NCBI GenBank assembly: GCA_029564175.1
Contig: JAKQQL010000421.1
Span: forward strand, 1-19,832
Reading direction: 5' to 3'
DNA length: 19,832 nt
Source: Candidatus Cloacimonadota bacterium
GTDB lineage: Bacteria; Cloacimonadota; Cloacimonadia; Cloacimonadales; WRIO01
Shown here: piece by piece, positions 1-8,671 of the stretch
Position numbering within the stretch: the first letter of the stretch is position 1
Layout of the letters: each line of letters starts with the position of its first letter
Translations under genes and position numbers: made by a program
Notes under the pieces: generated by a model
What the model saw: only the letters and a program-made list of their open reading frames with translations
Told to the model about the DNA's origin: nothing
Databases searched by the model: none

Positions 1-1
1 A

Positions 2-1765
2 CAAAACTATATTCCTGTTATGGCTGATATACAGGTCGTACCTAATGATGGAGCTTATATCGTATTTGATGATATGACTGTTGCTACTTCAGGAAATAAT
101 TCACTGGATTACAATTCATCTTCAGCTTTAACCGTTGACATCAACAATGTTGGCAGTGAAACTGCTCAGAATTTAAATGTTGTTCTCAGATCACTTAACC
201 CATATATTTCTGTAACAGATTCAACTGAAACGGTTGATGCTGTCGCAGCTAATCAGATTTATTCTTTAGTGAATGCATTCTCCGTAACTGCTGCTGAAAA
301 TTGTCCTGATACCGAACAGGCTTTAATGCAGTTAATTATAACTGATGATCAGGAGCACAGCTGGACAACAAGCTTCAGAATTACCTTAAATGCCCCTGTG
401 ATTGCTACCGGTGCAATGAGTATCAATGACTCACAAGGTAATAACAATGGACGCCTTGATCCAGGTGAAACCATTATTTTATCTATTCCAATCCAAAATA
501 CAGGCCATGCTGTATCTGCAAATGGGTTAGTAAACTATGCAAGTACGAACCCACAAGTAACCATTCAGAATACAAATAACAATATGAATGCACTGGGTGT
601 AAACGAAAGTGTTAATCTTGATCTAACCATTACAGCTTCTGCTGAATTACCAACAGGCTCATCAACCAATATTGGAATCTTTACACAGTTTGGTCAGATC
701 ATCAATCAGAGCAGTTATTTCTTAGCCGTTGGCTTAAAAATCGAAAGCTTTGAAAGTGGTGATTTTACTGCTTATCCTTGGACACATAGTACAACCCAGT
801 GGACAATTGTCAATACAGGTGCCTTTGATGGTACTTATGCAGCAAAATCAACTAATACTGCAAATAGCTCAAGCTCATTTATCTCTGTAGTTGATACTGC
901 TTCTACTGCAGGTGTCATCAAATTTGCCTACAAAGTAAGCTCTGAAGCAAGTTATGACAAATTAAAATTTTACATTGACGGCGTTGAAAAGAATGCCTGG
1001 TCAGGTGATGTTCCATGGACAGAAGCAGAATACAACGTAACTGCTGGTGTACATACTTATAAATGGGAATACTCAAAAGATATATCTGTAAATAGTGGTT
1101 CTGACTGCGCATGGATTGACAAAATTATCTTCCCTAATGCTGGCGGAGGTTCAGACAGTGCACCAATGGCATATATGAATACAGATCCTATTGATTTTGG
1201 AACTGTTGAGCCAAATGAAACCACCGTAAAAAGTATTGTGGTTGTGAACTTTGGTCTTTTACCATTAAGTGGTGAATTAACTGTTCCAACACCTTACAGT
1301 GTTGAATCTGCTAACTTTGTTGTTGAAGCAGAAAGCAATTTAACTATTCCTGTAACTTATGCTCCAACTTCAGAAGGAACTCACTCAGGTCAAATCACTG
1401 TAGCAACAAACGATACCACTCATCCAAGTTTTGTAATTGAAATTACTGGTACTTGTGGTACCAATTCAAGTGATTCTGTATTACCAAAAGTAACCAAATT
1501 ACAGGGTAATTATCCAAACCCATTCAACCCTGTTACCAATATTTCTTTCTCATTAAAAGAAAACAGCCCTGTTACTATCGATATTTACAACGTAAAAGGT
1601 CAGCTGGTTAAACAGCTGGTAAACGAAGCAATGCAGGCAGGTAACCATACGGTTGTCTGGAATGGTAAAGATCAAAACAATAAATCCGTATCAAGTGGTG
1701 TTTACTTCTATCGTATGCAGAGTAAAAACTATGCAGGTACAAAGAAAATGTTATTAATGAAATAG
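2..1765 (+). CDS. C-terminal part (5'-truncated by window) of a secreted protein paralogous to the downstream C25 peptidase: Ig-like domains, beta-sandwich domain, choice-of-anchor-D/ASH-like Ig domain, FlgD-Ig/T9SS-type C-terminal sorting domain
   Basis: Frame is open from base 2 (QNYIPV) into the ATG at 20, so the true start is upstream. Colinear with the C-terminal half of the next ORF (GNNNGRLDPGET, ESFESGDFTAYPW, YKVSSEASYDKLKFYIDG, GSDCAW). Ends in NYPNPFNP...IYNVKGQLV...WNGKD...SSGVYFYRM...KKMLLMK. Its catalytic domain is not visible here. Confidence 0.85.
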   Translation, partial: QNYIPVMADIQVVPNDGAYIVFDDMTVATSGNNSLDYNSSSALTVDINNVGSETAQNLNVVLRSLNPYISVTDSTETVDAVAANQIYSLVNAFSVTAAENCPDTEQALMQLIITDDQEHSWTTSFRITLNAPVIATGAMSINDSQGNNNGRLDPGETIILSIPIQNTGHAVSANGLVNYASTNPQVTIQNTNNNMNALGVNESVNLDLTITASAELPTGSSTNIGIFTQFGQIINQSSYFLAVGLKIESFESGDFTAYPWTHSTTQWTIVNTGAFDGTYAAKSTNTANSSSSFISVVDTASTAGVIKFAYKVSSEASYDKLKFYIDGVEKNAWSGDVPWTEAEYNVTAGVHTYKWEYSKDISVNSGSDCAWIDKIIFPNAGGGSDSAPMAYMNTDPIDFGTVEPNETTVKSIVVVNFGLLPLSGELTVPTPYSVESANFVVEAESNLTIPVTYAPTSEGTHSGQITVATNDTTHPSFVIEITGTCGTNSSDSVLPKVTKLQGNYPNPFNPVTNISFSLKENSPVTIDIYNVKGQLVKQLVNEAMQAGNHTVVWNGKDQNNKSVSSGVYFYRMQSKNYAGTKKMLLMK

Positions 1766-1777
1766 TAAAAAAATCAA

Positions 1778-1804
1778 GCAGGGCAATCCAATCGATTGCC
1801 CTGC
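1778..1804. other. Perfect 11-bp intergenic stem-loop between the two paralogs
   Basis: GCAGGGCAATC-CAATC-GATTGCCCTGC. No U-tract follows on +; an A-run precedes it (TTGATTTTTTT after the stem on the minus strand). Confidence 0.75.
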
Positions 1805-1825
1805 CAATTATCCGGAGGAAAATGG

Positions 1826-4800
1826 ATGAAAAAGATCATAATCGTGGTCAGCTTGTTCTTAGTCTGTTTTAGCTTGATGGCTGAAACAGTTTTTGTCAAT
1901 TCAAACCGAAATACGCCGGTGAATGTCAGAGTGAATCATTCTGATGATTATTCAACTGAGTTGGAATTAAACTTCTCTTCATTTGAAAAAAATGCTGTTA
2001 AAATTGATGGGAAAGAATTTAATCATATCACACTTGGAAAAGAAGGTCTTATCCTTGAAGAAGGTATGCCTCAGCTTCCATTTGTAGGCAGAAGTATCAT
2101 TATTCCTGATTATGCAAAAATGAATATCAGTGTGGTTGAATCTGATTATACTGATTATCAGATCGCTGTAGCACCTTCTAAAGGCAGTTTACTTCGTAAT
2201 GTAAACCCAGAAGATATCCCTTATACTTTCGGAGATATTTACAATCAAAACCAGTTTTATCCATCAAATATCGCAACACTTGGCGATCCATACATCATGA
2301 GAGACTATCGTGGTATCACAGTTGGATTTTCACCTGTTCAATACAATGCTCATACGAACACATTACGTGTTTATCATCATGTGGTTGTAAAAGTCGTTAA
2401 TACTGGCATCGATACTCAAAATGTATTAAATCGTACAAGAAATTCCATTAACAAAGAATTCAAAAGTGTTTATGCAAGTCATTTCTTAAACTTCAACCGT
2501 ATTCAGTCACGTTATGTCCCAATCGAAGAAGAAGGTACCATCTTAGTGATTACTCATCCAAACTTCTTAACTGCAATTCAGCCTTACGTTAACTGGAAAA
2601 GACAAAAAGGTTATCAGACAGAGCTGGTAACAACAGAAACAGCAGGAACCAGCTCAACTGCAATTAAAACTTACATTCAGAATTACTATACTGCTAACCC
2701 AAATCTGGCTTATATCCAGTTAGTCGGTGATGCGGCACAGATTCCAACTCTTACTTATGCGGGTGGCGGATCTGATCCTTCATACGTAATGCTTGCCGGA
2801 AACGATAACTACCCAGAACTGTTTATTGGTCGTTTCTCTGCTGAAACCGTAGCCCATGTGGAAACTCAGGTAGAACGTACCATTTGGTATGAACGTGATA
2901 TCTTTGAAATAGATGGCGAATGGATTAAAAAAGGAACTTGTATTGCCTCTAACGAAGGTGGTGGTGGCCAGGGTGATATGGGTGAATCTGATATCGCTCA
3001 TCAAAATTTAATCCGTACAGACTTGTTAAACTATGGCTATACTTCTGTTGATCAGGCTTATGCGCCATCAATTACAGCTGCAACCCTGCTGAGTAATTTT
3101 AATCAGGGTCGTGGTTTTGTGAATTATACAGGTCATGGTGATGTTACTTACTGGGTGACTTCAAATTTCTCTAATACCCACGTAAATCAGTTAACCAATG
3201 AGGGCAAATTGCCTTTTATCGTATCAGTAGCCTGTGTAAACGGTAATTTCACTAGTACCACCTGTTTTGGTGAAGCTTGGTTAAGAGCAACAAACAATAC
3301 AACCGGTGCACCTACTGGTGCGATGGTGGCTTATATGTCCACTATCAATCAACCATGGAATGAACCTATGCGCGGTCAGGATGTGATTACAGACCTGATG
3401 GTTGCACAGGAAAAATTCTCTATTGGCGGATTATATTTTAATGGTAGCTCAGCAATGCTGGATGCTTATAATAATAATGCTAACTCTGTTAATACCATGA
3501 AAACATGGATTATCTTTGGTGATGCATCTCTGATCGTACGTAATGACACACCATTTGTTCAAACAGTTAATTCATTTGACAACTTATTTATTGGCATGAG
3601 TACATATGATGTTCAAACAGATGCACCTAATGCGATGGTATCTCTTTACAATCCCGAAAGTAATGAAATTGTCGGCTCCGGTTATACAGATGAAAATGGC
3701 AGCATCACACTTAATATTGACCCACAAACTGTTCCTTGCACTTTAAAATTAACCGTTACAGCTCCAAATGCAGTTACATTTATCAAAGATGTCGCTGTAA
3801 TTCCTAACGAAGGTGCTTATATTGTTTATACAGATATGAGTGTTGCTTTAACTGGAAATAACTCAATTGATTATAACACAACTTCAGCTTTAACTGTTAA
3901 TCTGAACAATGTGGGTAATGAAGCTGCTCAAAACCTGACAGCTGTACTCAGATCATTAAACCCATTTATTACTGTAAATGACTCTGTTGCTACTATTACA
4001 GAAATTACTGCTGAAGGAAATTACAGTATCAACAATATCTTTAATATTACTTCTGCAGCAAACAGTCAGGATGCTCAGGCTTGCCCTATGCAGTTAATCA
4101 TTACTGATCAAGAGGGTAATACCTGGACTTCAAATTTCAATATTATTACGAATGCCCCACTTATTTCTACAGGCGCTTTCAGTATTAATGACACAGAAGG
4201 TAATAACAATGGTCGCCTTGATCCAGGTGAAACTGTGATCTTAAGCATTCCAATTCAAAATACAGGTCATGCAGCTTCTGAAGCTGGTACAGTGAATTAC
4301 GTCAGCACAAATCCACTGGTTGTAATTCAAAACACAAATAATTCATTTAATGCATTAGCAGTGGATGAAACAGCTAATCTTGACCTGACTATTACAGCTT
4401 ATCCAGAAGTTCCAACCGGATCCTCAACCAGTATCGGTTTATTTACTCAGTTTGGTCAGATTGTTAATCAAACAAACTTTGTAGTACCTGTTGGTTTAAA
4501 AATTGAAAGCTTTGAAAGTGGTGACTTTACTGCTTACCCATGGGTTAATACGTCAAGTACCCCATGGACAATAGTAAATACTGGCGCTTTTGATGGTACT
4601 TATGCTGCAAAATCAGCTAATACGGCAAACAGCTCAACATCATTTATCAGTGTAGTTGATACTGCTTCTACAGCAGGTGTCATTAAATTTGCTTACAAAG
4701 TAAGTTCTGAAGCTTCTTATGACAAACTGAAATTCTATATTGATGGCGTCTTGAAAAATGACTGGTCAGGCGATGTTGCATGGACTGAAGTAGAATACAA

Positions 4801-5548
4801 TGTAACTGCTGGTGTTCATACATACAAGTGGGAATACTCAAAAGATACATCCGTTAACAGTGGGTCTGACTGTGCATGGGTTGATAAAATTATCTTCCCT
4901 AATGCAGGTGGTGGCTCAACTAATGCACCTTTAGCATATGTCAACACACAAAATACAATTGAGTTCGGATCAGTTCAACCAGGAGAAACTGTAACAAGAG
5001 AAGTTACCATTGTGAACTTTGGTAATGTTGATTTAACTGGTACGATTACTGTTCCAGCTCAGTTCTTTATTGGAACACAGGGTGTTATAACTGTTGACTA
5101 TATAATTCCTGCTCAGAGTAACCAGAGCTTTATGATTACCTTCTATCCTGAAACAGAAGGCGTTTTCGATGGCACAATCAATATCACAACAAACGATACT
5201 CAAAACCCTGTATTTACTGTTCAGTTTACAGCTAACTGCATTCCTAATTCAAGTGACATTGTTATACCAAAAGTAACTAAATTACAAGGTAACTATCCAA
5301 ATCCATTCAATCCAAACACCAATATCGCATTCTCATTAAAGGAAAACTCACCTGTTACTATTGATATTTACAACGTAAAAGGCCAGCTGGTTAAACAATT
5401 AGTTAATGCTCAAATGCCTGCAGGTCATCATTCTGTTAACTGGAATGGTAAAGATAATAATCAAAAATCTGTTTCAAGTGGCGTATATTTCTATCGTATG
5501 CAGAGTAAAAACTACTCTGGAACAAAGAAAATGCTATTGATGAAATAA
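1826..5548 (+). CDS. Secreted C25-family cysteine peptidase (Arg-gingipain-like): signal peptide, propeptide, catalytic domain, Ig-like domains, FlgD-Ig/T9SS-type C-terminal domain
   Basis: GGAGG RBS before ATG 1826 and a MKKIIIVVSLFLVCFSLMA signal peptide. Propeptide motifs APSKG..R and LGDPYIMRDYRG; LVGD, FIGRFSAE, catalytic YTGHG (His codon 3134) and VACVNG (Cys codon 3233), CFGEAWLRA, STINQPW..PMRGQD, W.IFGD.SL. C-terminal NYPNPFNP...KKMLLMK. Confidence 0.95.
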   Translation: MKKIIIVVSLFLVCFSLMAETVFVNSNRNTPVNVRVNHSDDYSTELELNFSSFEKNAVKIDGKEFNHITLGKEGLILEEGMPQLPFVGRSIIIPDYAKMNISVVESDYTDYQIAVAPSKGSLLRNVNPEDIPYTFGDIYNQNQFYPSNIATLGDPYIMRDYRGITVGFSPVQYNAHTNTLRVYHHVVVKVVNTGIDTQNVLNRTRNSINKEFKSVYASHFLNFNRIQSRYVPIEEEGTILVITHPNFLTAIQPYVNWKRQKGYQTELVTTETAGTSSTAIKTYIQNYYTANPNLAYIQLVGDAAQIPTLTYAGGGSDPSYVMLAGNDNYPELFIGRFSAETVAHVETQVERTIWYERDIFEIDGEWIKKGTCIASNEGGGGQGDMGESDIAHQNLIRTDLLNYGYTSVDQAYAPSITAATLLSNFNQGRGFVNYTGHGDVTYWVTSNFSNTHVNQLTNEGKLPFIVSVACVNGNFTSTTCFGEAWLRATNNTTGAPTGAMVAYMSTINQPWNEPMRGQDVITDLMVAQEKFSIGGLYFNGSSAMLDAYNNNANSVNTMKTWIIFGDASLIVRNDTPFVQTVNSFDNLFIGMSTYDVQTDAPNAMVSLYNPESNEIVGSGYTDENGSITLNIDPQTVPCTLKLTVTAPNAVTFIKDVAVIPNEGAYIVYTDMSVALTGNNSIDYNTTSALTVNLNNVGNEAAQNLTAVLRSLNPFITVNDSVATITEITAEGNYSINNIFNITSAANSQDAQACPMQLIITDQEGNTWTSNFNIITNAPLISTGAFSINDTEGNNNGRLDPGETVILSIPIQNTGHAASEAGTVNYVSTNPLVVIQNTNNSFNALAVDETANLDLTITAYPEVPTGSSTSIGLFTQFGQIVNQTNFVVPVGLKIESFESGDFTAYPWVNTSSTPWTIVNTGAFDGTYAAKSANTANSSTSFISVVDTASTAGVIKFAYKVSSEASYDKLKFYIDGVLKNDWSGDVAWTEVEYNVTAGVHTYKWEYSKDTSVNSGSDCAWVDKIIFPNAGGGSTNAPLAYVNTQNTIEFGSVQPGETVTREVTIVNFGNVDLTGTITVPAQFFIGTQGVITVDYIIPAQSNQSFMITFYPETEGVFDGTINITTNDTQNPVFTVQFTANCIPNSSDIVIPKVTKLQGNYPNPFNPNTNIAFSLKENSPVTIDIYNVKGQLVKQLVNAQMPAGHHSVNWNGKDNNQKSVSSGVYFYRMQSKNYSGTKKMLLMK

Positions 5549-5566
5549 TCTTTAAACACATTAATT

Positions 5567-5593
5567 GGGGATACTTCGGTATCCCCTTTTTTT
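5567..5593 (+). terminator. Rho-independent terminator of the peptidase genes
   Basis: GGGGATAC-TTCG-GTATCCCC (cUUCGg tetraloop) followed by T7, 18 nt after the stop codon. Confidence 0.92.
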
Positions 5594-5597
5594 ATGC

Positions 5598-5626
5598 TTG
5601 ACAAAAGGGTTTAGTTTTGATAGTTT
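5598..5626 (+). promoter_or_regulatory. Putative sigma70-type promoter for the TPR/HisKA gene
   Basis: TTGACA (5598-5603), 17-nt spacer, TGn-extended TAGTTT (5621-5626); located just after the terminator and ~30 nt before ATG 5658. Confidence 0.6.
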
Positions 5627-5657
5627 TTTTAACAAGATAAAATTGGGGGTTGGTTTT

Positions 5658-7196
5658 ATGTGGCAAACCAGAAGTTTGAGCTATCGAATATTTTGCTCAA
5701 TCATAATTATAATAATCTTAGTTCTCCCTGTATATCATGGTTTGAATGCTAATCAGATAGAAGAAGCAGGTTTAGATCATAATGGCAATGTTTTAGATAG
5801 TTTAAGTCATCAGCTCAAACTAGAAAAGAATAATGAAAATAAAATTCAGCTATTGAATGATATTCTAAAAATAAAAATGATCAATAACAAAAATAGTGAT
5901 TCAGAAGTTAAGATGCTTGAAGAGATTATATTTCGAAGACCCTATGATATATTAAGTGCCAAGTCTGATTACTTAATTGGAAATATTCAAAAAATCAATG
6001 GAGAAGGTAATAAAGCATTAAAACACTATACCAGATCTTTGGATTACTACATGAGTATAAATGATAAAAATGAAATGGCAAGATTAAATATGGCCATAGG
6101 TGAAGATTTACGAGCATTTGGAGAACAGGTAAAAGCCCTCTCTTACTTAAGAAAAGCCGAGAAATTATTCAAAGAAGAGGCTCTTGGTGCAGAAATCTAT
6201 GATAGGTTTGCAGCGGTCTATTTTGAGATGATTTATATATCTACATCTGTTTATGCAGATAGCAGTAGAATATATGCCAAAAAAGCAGTTTCTTTAGCCC
6301 AAAAAAACAATGATTTTGCCTTACTGATATCTTCCTACAATATATTAGGTGCAGTTGAAAGAAGCCAGAAAAATTTTCAAAAATCACAGGAGTATCTGTT
6401 TAAAGCAAAAGATATTGCGGAAAAAAATAAAAGATATGCTGATTTGTCATTAGTATATTCAAATATTGCTCGTTTGTATGAAGAAAGAAACAATAGATCT
6501 TCTTGTATTTATTATGCAAAAAAAGCGTATGATTTAGCGATTCAAACAGATATAAAAATATATATTGCGATGAGCTCATTAATTTTGTTTGATAATTACA
6601 AAAAATTAAGAAATTTTAAAGACGCTTTAAAATATTATGAGATTCATCATCTTTATAGTCAAAAAATTTATGATGAAAACAAAGATAGGAAAATAGCACT
6701 ATATATTGCAAACAGAGAATTAGAAATCAAGAAAAATGAAAATAATTTACTTGTTAAACAACAGAAACTACAAGAAACGGTTATTAAAAAGCAAAAACAG
6801 AATCAGATTTATCTCATGTCTGTAATTGGTATGATTGCACTTTTAAGTCTTATTATCATTTATTACATCCGACAATTGAAAAAAGCGAATATTCAATTAA
6901 AAGAAGAACATGCAAAAGTTTTGAATCTGGAAAGAATTCGTTCTGCTTATGCAATGGCTGTAACAGCCAATCATGAGCTAAATCAGCCATTAATGGTTTT
7001 GAAAGGGCGCTTGGAACTCTTACAAATGAGTATGGATGAATCGAATGAAGCTCAGATGAAACAGATGCAAAAAATTGAAAAAGTATTTGATGAAGTGATG
7101 GACGTTTTGGAAAAATACAGAAAATCTGATCGAAATATTCATTTTGAACTGTATGCAGGAGATGAAGAGATGGTTGTATTTGATGAAGAGGAATAG
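5658..7196 (+). CDS. Membrane-anchored TPR-repeat sensor protein with a HisKA (dimerisation/phosphoacceptor) domain only, lacking HATPase
   Basis: The ORF-track start at 5565 lies in the terminator; ATG 5658 follows GGGGGT and the promoter. N-terminal hydrophobic segment (IFCSIIIIIILVLPVY), TPR-like helices (SYNILGAVE, VYSNIARLY, ALKYY), coiled coil, TM helix (IYLMSVIGMIALLSLIIIYYI), H-box AVTANHELNQPLMVLKG, then a stop 73 aa after the His. Confidence 0.8.
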   Translation: MWQTRSLSYRIFCSIIIIIILVLPVYHGLNANQIEEAGLDHNGNVLDSLSHQLKLEKNNENKIQLLNDILKIKMINNKNSDSEVKMLEEIIFRRPYDILSAKSDYLIGNIQKINGEGNKALKHYTRSLDYYMSINDKNEMARLNMAIGEDLRAFGEQVKALSYLRKAEKLFKEEALGAEIYDRFAAVYFEMIYISTSVYADSSRIYAKKAVSLAQKNNDFALLISSYNILGAVERSQKNFQKSQEYLFKAKDIAEKNKRYADLSLVYSNIARLYEERNNRSSCIYYAKKAYDLAIQTDIKIYIAMSSLILFDNYKKLRNFKDALKYYEIHHLYSQKIYDENKDRKIALYIANRELEIKKNENNLLVKQQKLQETVIKKQKQNQIYLMSVIGMIALLSLIIIYYIRQLKKANIQLKEEHAKVLNLERIRSAYAMAVTANHELNQPLMVLKGRLELLQMSMDESNEAQMKQMQKIEKVFDEVMDVLEKYRKSDRNIHFELYAGDEEMVVFDEEE

Positions 7197-7266
7197 AATC
7201 ATTTTGATCAATTAGTCCAATGTGGATAGTTTTTATAACATTCTTGTTAAGCAAAATATTTATTAC

Positions 7267-7296
7267 TTGACTGCATATGACCGAAATGATTAAAAT
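7267..7296 (+). promoter_or_regulatory. Possible sigma70-type promoter for sbcDC
   Basis: TTGACT (7267-7272), 18-nt spacer, TAAAAT (7291-7296). The AT-rich context weakens the call. Confidence 0.4.
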
Positions 7297-7367
7297 TACG
7301 AGTATCTTTATACATGACTTTTATTGAAAATTTTAGTATAGGATTAGCATAAAAGAATGAGGTTCTA

Positions 7368-8594
7368 ATGAAAATAATACACACATCAGACTGGCATTTG
7401 GGAAGGCTTTTACATGGTAGAAAAAGATATGAAGCCTTTAAGCGTTTTTTGGAATGGATGATAGATTATATTAAAGAAAATAAAATACAGGTTTTATTGA
7501 TTTCAGGTGATATCTTTGATACCAATACACCATCTAATACAGCATTGGAACTTTATTATCAGTTTTTAGGAAATCTGATAAATTCAGTATGTCGTCATAT
7601 TATTATTATTGCTGGGAATCATGATTCTCCTGCTTTACTGAATGCACCAAAAGAATTGTTACGCTATTTTAATATTCATGTGATTGGATCGATTTCTGAT
7701 GATATTAGTGATGAAATTATTGAGGTCAAGGATCATGTTGGCATAACAAAATTGATTGTTTGTGCTGTGCCTTTTTTAAGGGACAGAGATATTCGATGTG
7801 CTGAGGCAGGAGAAAGTATTCAGGATAAAGAAAAGAAGATGCTGGATGGCATTAAAAATCATTATGAAGCGGTGTGTACACTTGCCAATCAAAGAAGAAA
7901 TGGGGCTGAAATACCTGTTATCGTGATGGGACATTTATTTACCGCCGGAGGAAAAGTGGTGGAAGACGACGGCGTGCGTGAGTTATACATTGGCTCTCTG
8001 GCGCATGTGCATCATCAGATCTTTTCTGAAGAGGTGGATTATGTTGCCCTTGGTCATTTACATGTACCTCAAAAGGTGGCACAATCTGAAAAAATCAGAT
8101 ATAGCGGTTCACCATTGGCAATGGGATTTGGAGAAGCCAGACAACGAAAGATTATTTGTCTTCTTGAAACTGAGGGAAAAAAAGTAAATGTTTCAGAGAT
8201 TACGTTACCAGTATTTCAACAACTGGAATCTATCAGGGGAGACAAATCCGAAATTCTTCAGAAGCTAGAAAAGCTGGTTTTACGTGATGAAGAGATCCTG
8301 GCTGAAGTGATCTATACCGGTGAAGAAATCTGGAGTGATTTTAAAACAATTGTTGAATCAATTGTTTCGGGCAGTAAAATAGATGTTGTAAGAACAAAAA
8401 ATATGAGGACATTCAATGCAATTTTTCAAAGAGAAGAAAGCCGTGAAACATTGGATGAACTGAGTAAAGAGGAAGTATTTAAGAGATGTCTGACAGCAAA
8501 TCAGATTTCACAAGAAGAACAGGCAGAACTAAATCAAACATTTTCAGAAGCAATCACTTTGTTGGATAATCCTGAATTTCAGGATAATTTATAA
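7368..8594 (+). CDS. sbcD: Exonuclease SbcCD subunit D (Mre11-like metallophosphoesterase)
   Basis: HTSDWHLG, SGDIFD, IAGNHDS, GHLF, YVALGHLH, RYSGSP..MGFGE motifs; GAGGT RBS; directly upstream of an SMC-like ATPase. Confidence 0.96.
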   Translation: MKIIHTSDWHLGRLLHGRKRYEAFKRFLEWMIDYIKENKIQVLLISGDIFDTNTPSNTALELYYQFLGNLINSVCRHIIIIAGNHDSPALLNAPKELLRYFNIHVIGSISDDISDEIIEVKDHVGITKLIVCAVPFLRDRDIRCAEAGESIQDKEKKMLDGIKNHYEAVCTLANQRRNGAEIPVIVMGHLFTAGGKVVEDDGVRELYIGSLAHVHHQIFSEEVDYVALGHLHVPQKVAQSEKIRYSGSPLAMGFGEARQRKIICLLETEGKKVNVSEITLPVFQQLESIRGDKSEILQKLEKLVLRDEEILAEVIYTGEEIWSDFKTIVESIVSGSKIDVVRTKNMRTFNAIFQREESRETLDELSKEEVFKRCLTANQISQEEQAELNQTFSEAITLLDNPEFQDNL

Positions 8595-8671
8595 ATAATA
8601 ACGGTTATTGCAGTTTGAGTGTGTGTTTCAACTAGCAAGATATTTGTTGTACGACCAGCTTAGAAAGGTAA

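Noticed and set aside
1796..1825. Extended start of ORF2 at 1796
   Set aside because: A TTG inside the stem-loop; the RBS and signal peptide support ATG 1826.
918..3004. Minus-strand ORFs 918-1112 and 2780-3004
   Set aside because: Short, antisense to well-supported peptidase genes, no recognisable motifs.
5565..5657. Extended start of the TPR gene at 5565
   Set aside because: Overlaps the terminator and the promoter candidate; ATG 5658 is more plausible.
7236..7249. Dyad TAACA-TTCT-TGTTA upstream of sbcD as an SOS box
   Set aside because: Does not match LexA boxes I know (CTGT-N8-ACAG, GAAC-N4-GTTC); only 5-bp arms in AT-rich DNA; no second copy noticed.
6856..8187. ORFs 6856-7254(-), 7020-7211(-) and 7978-8187(+)
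   Set aside because: Shadow or alternative-frame ORFs over real genes; none encodes the missing HATPase domain.
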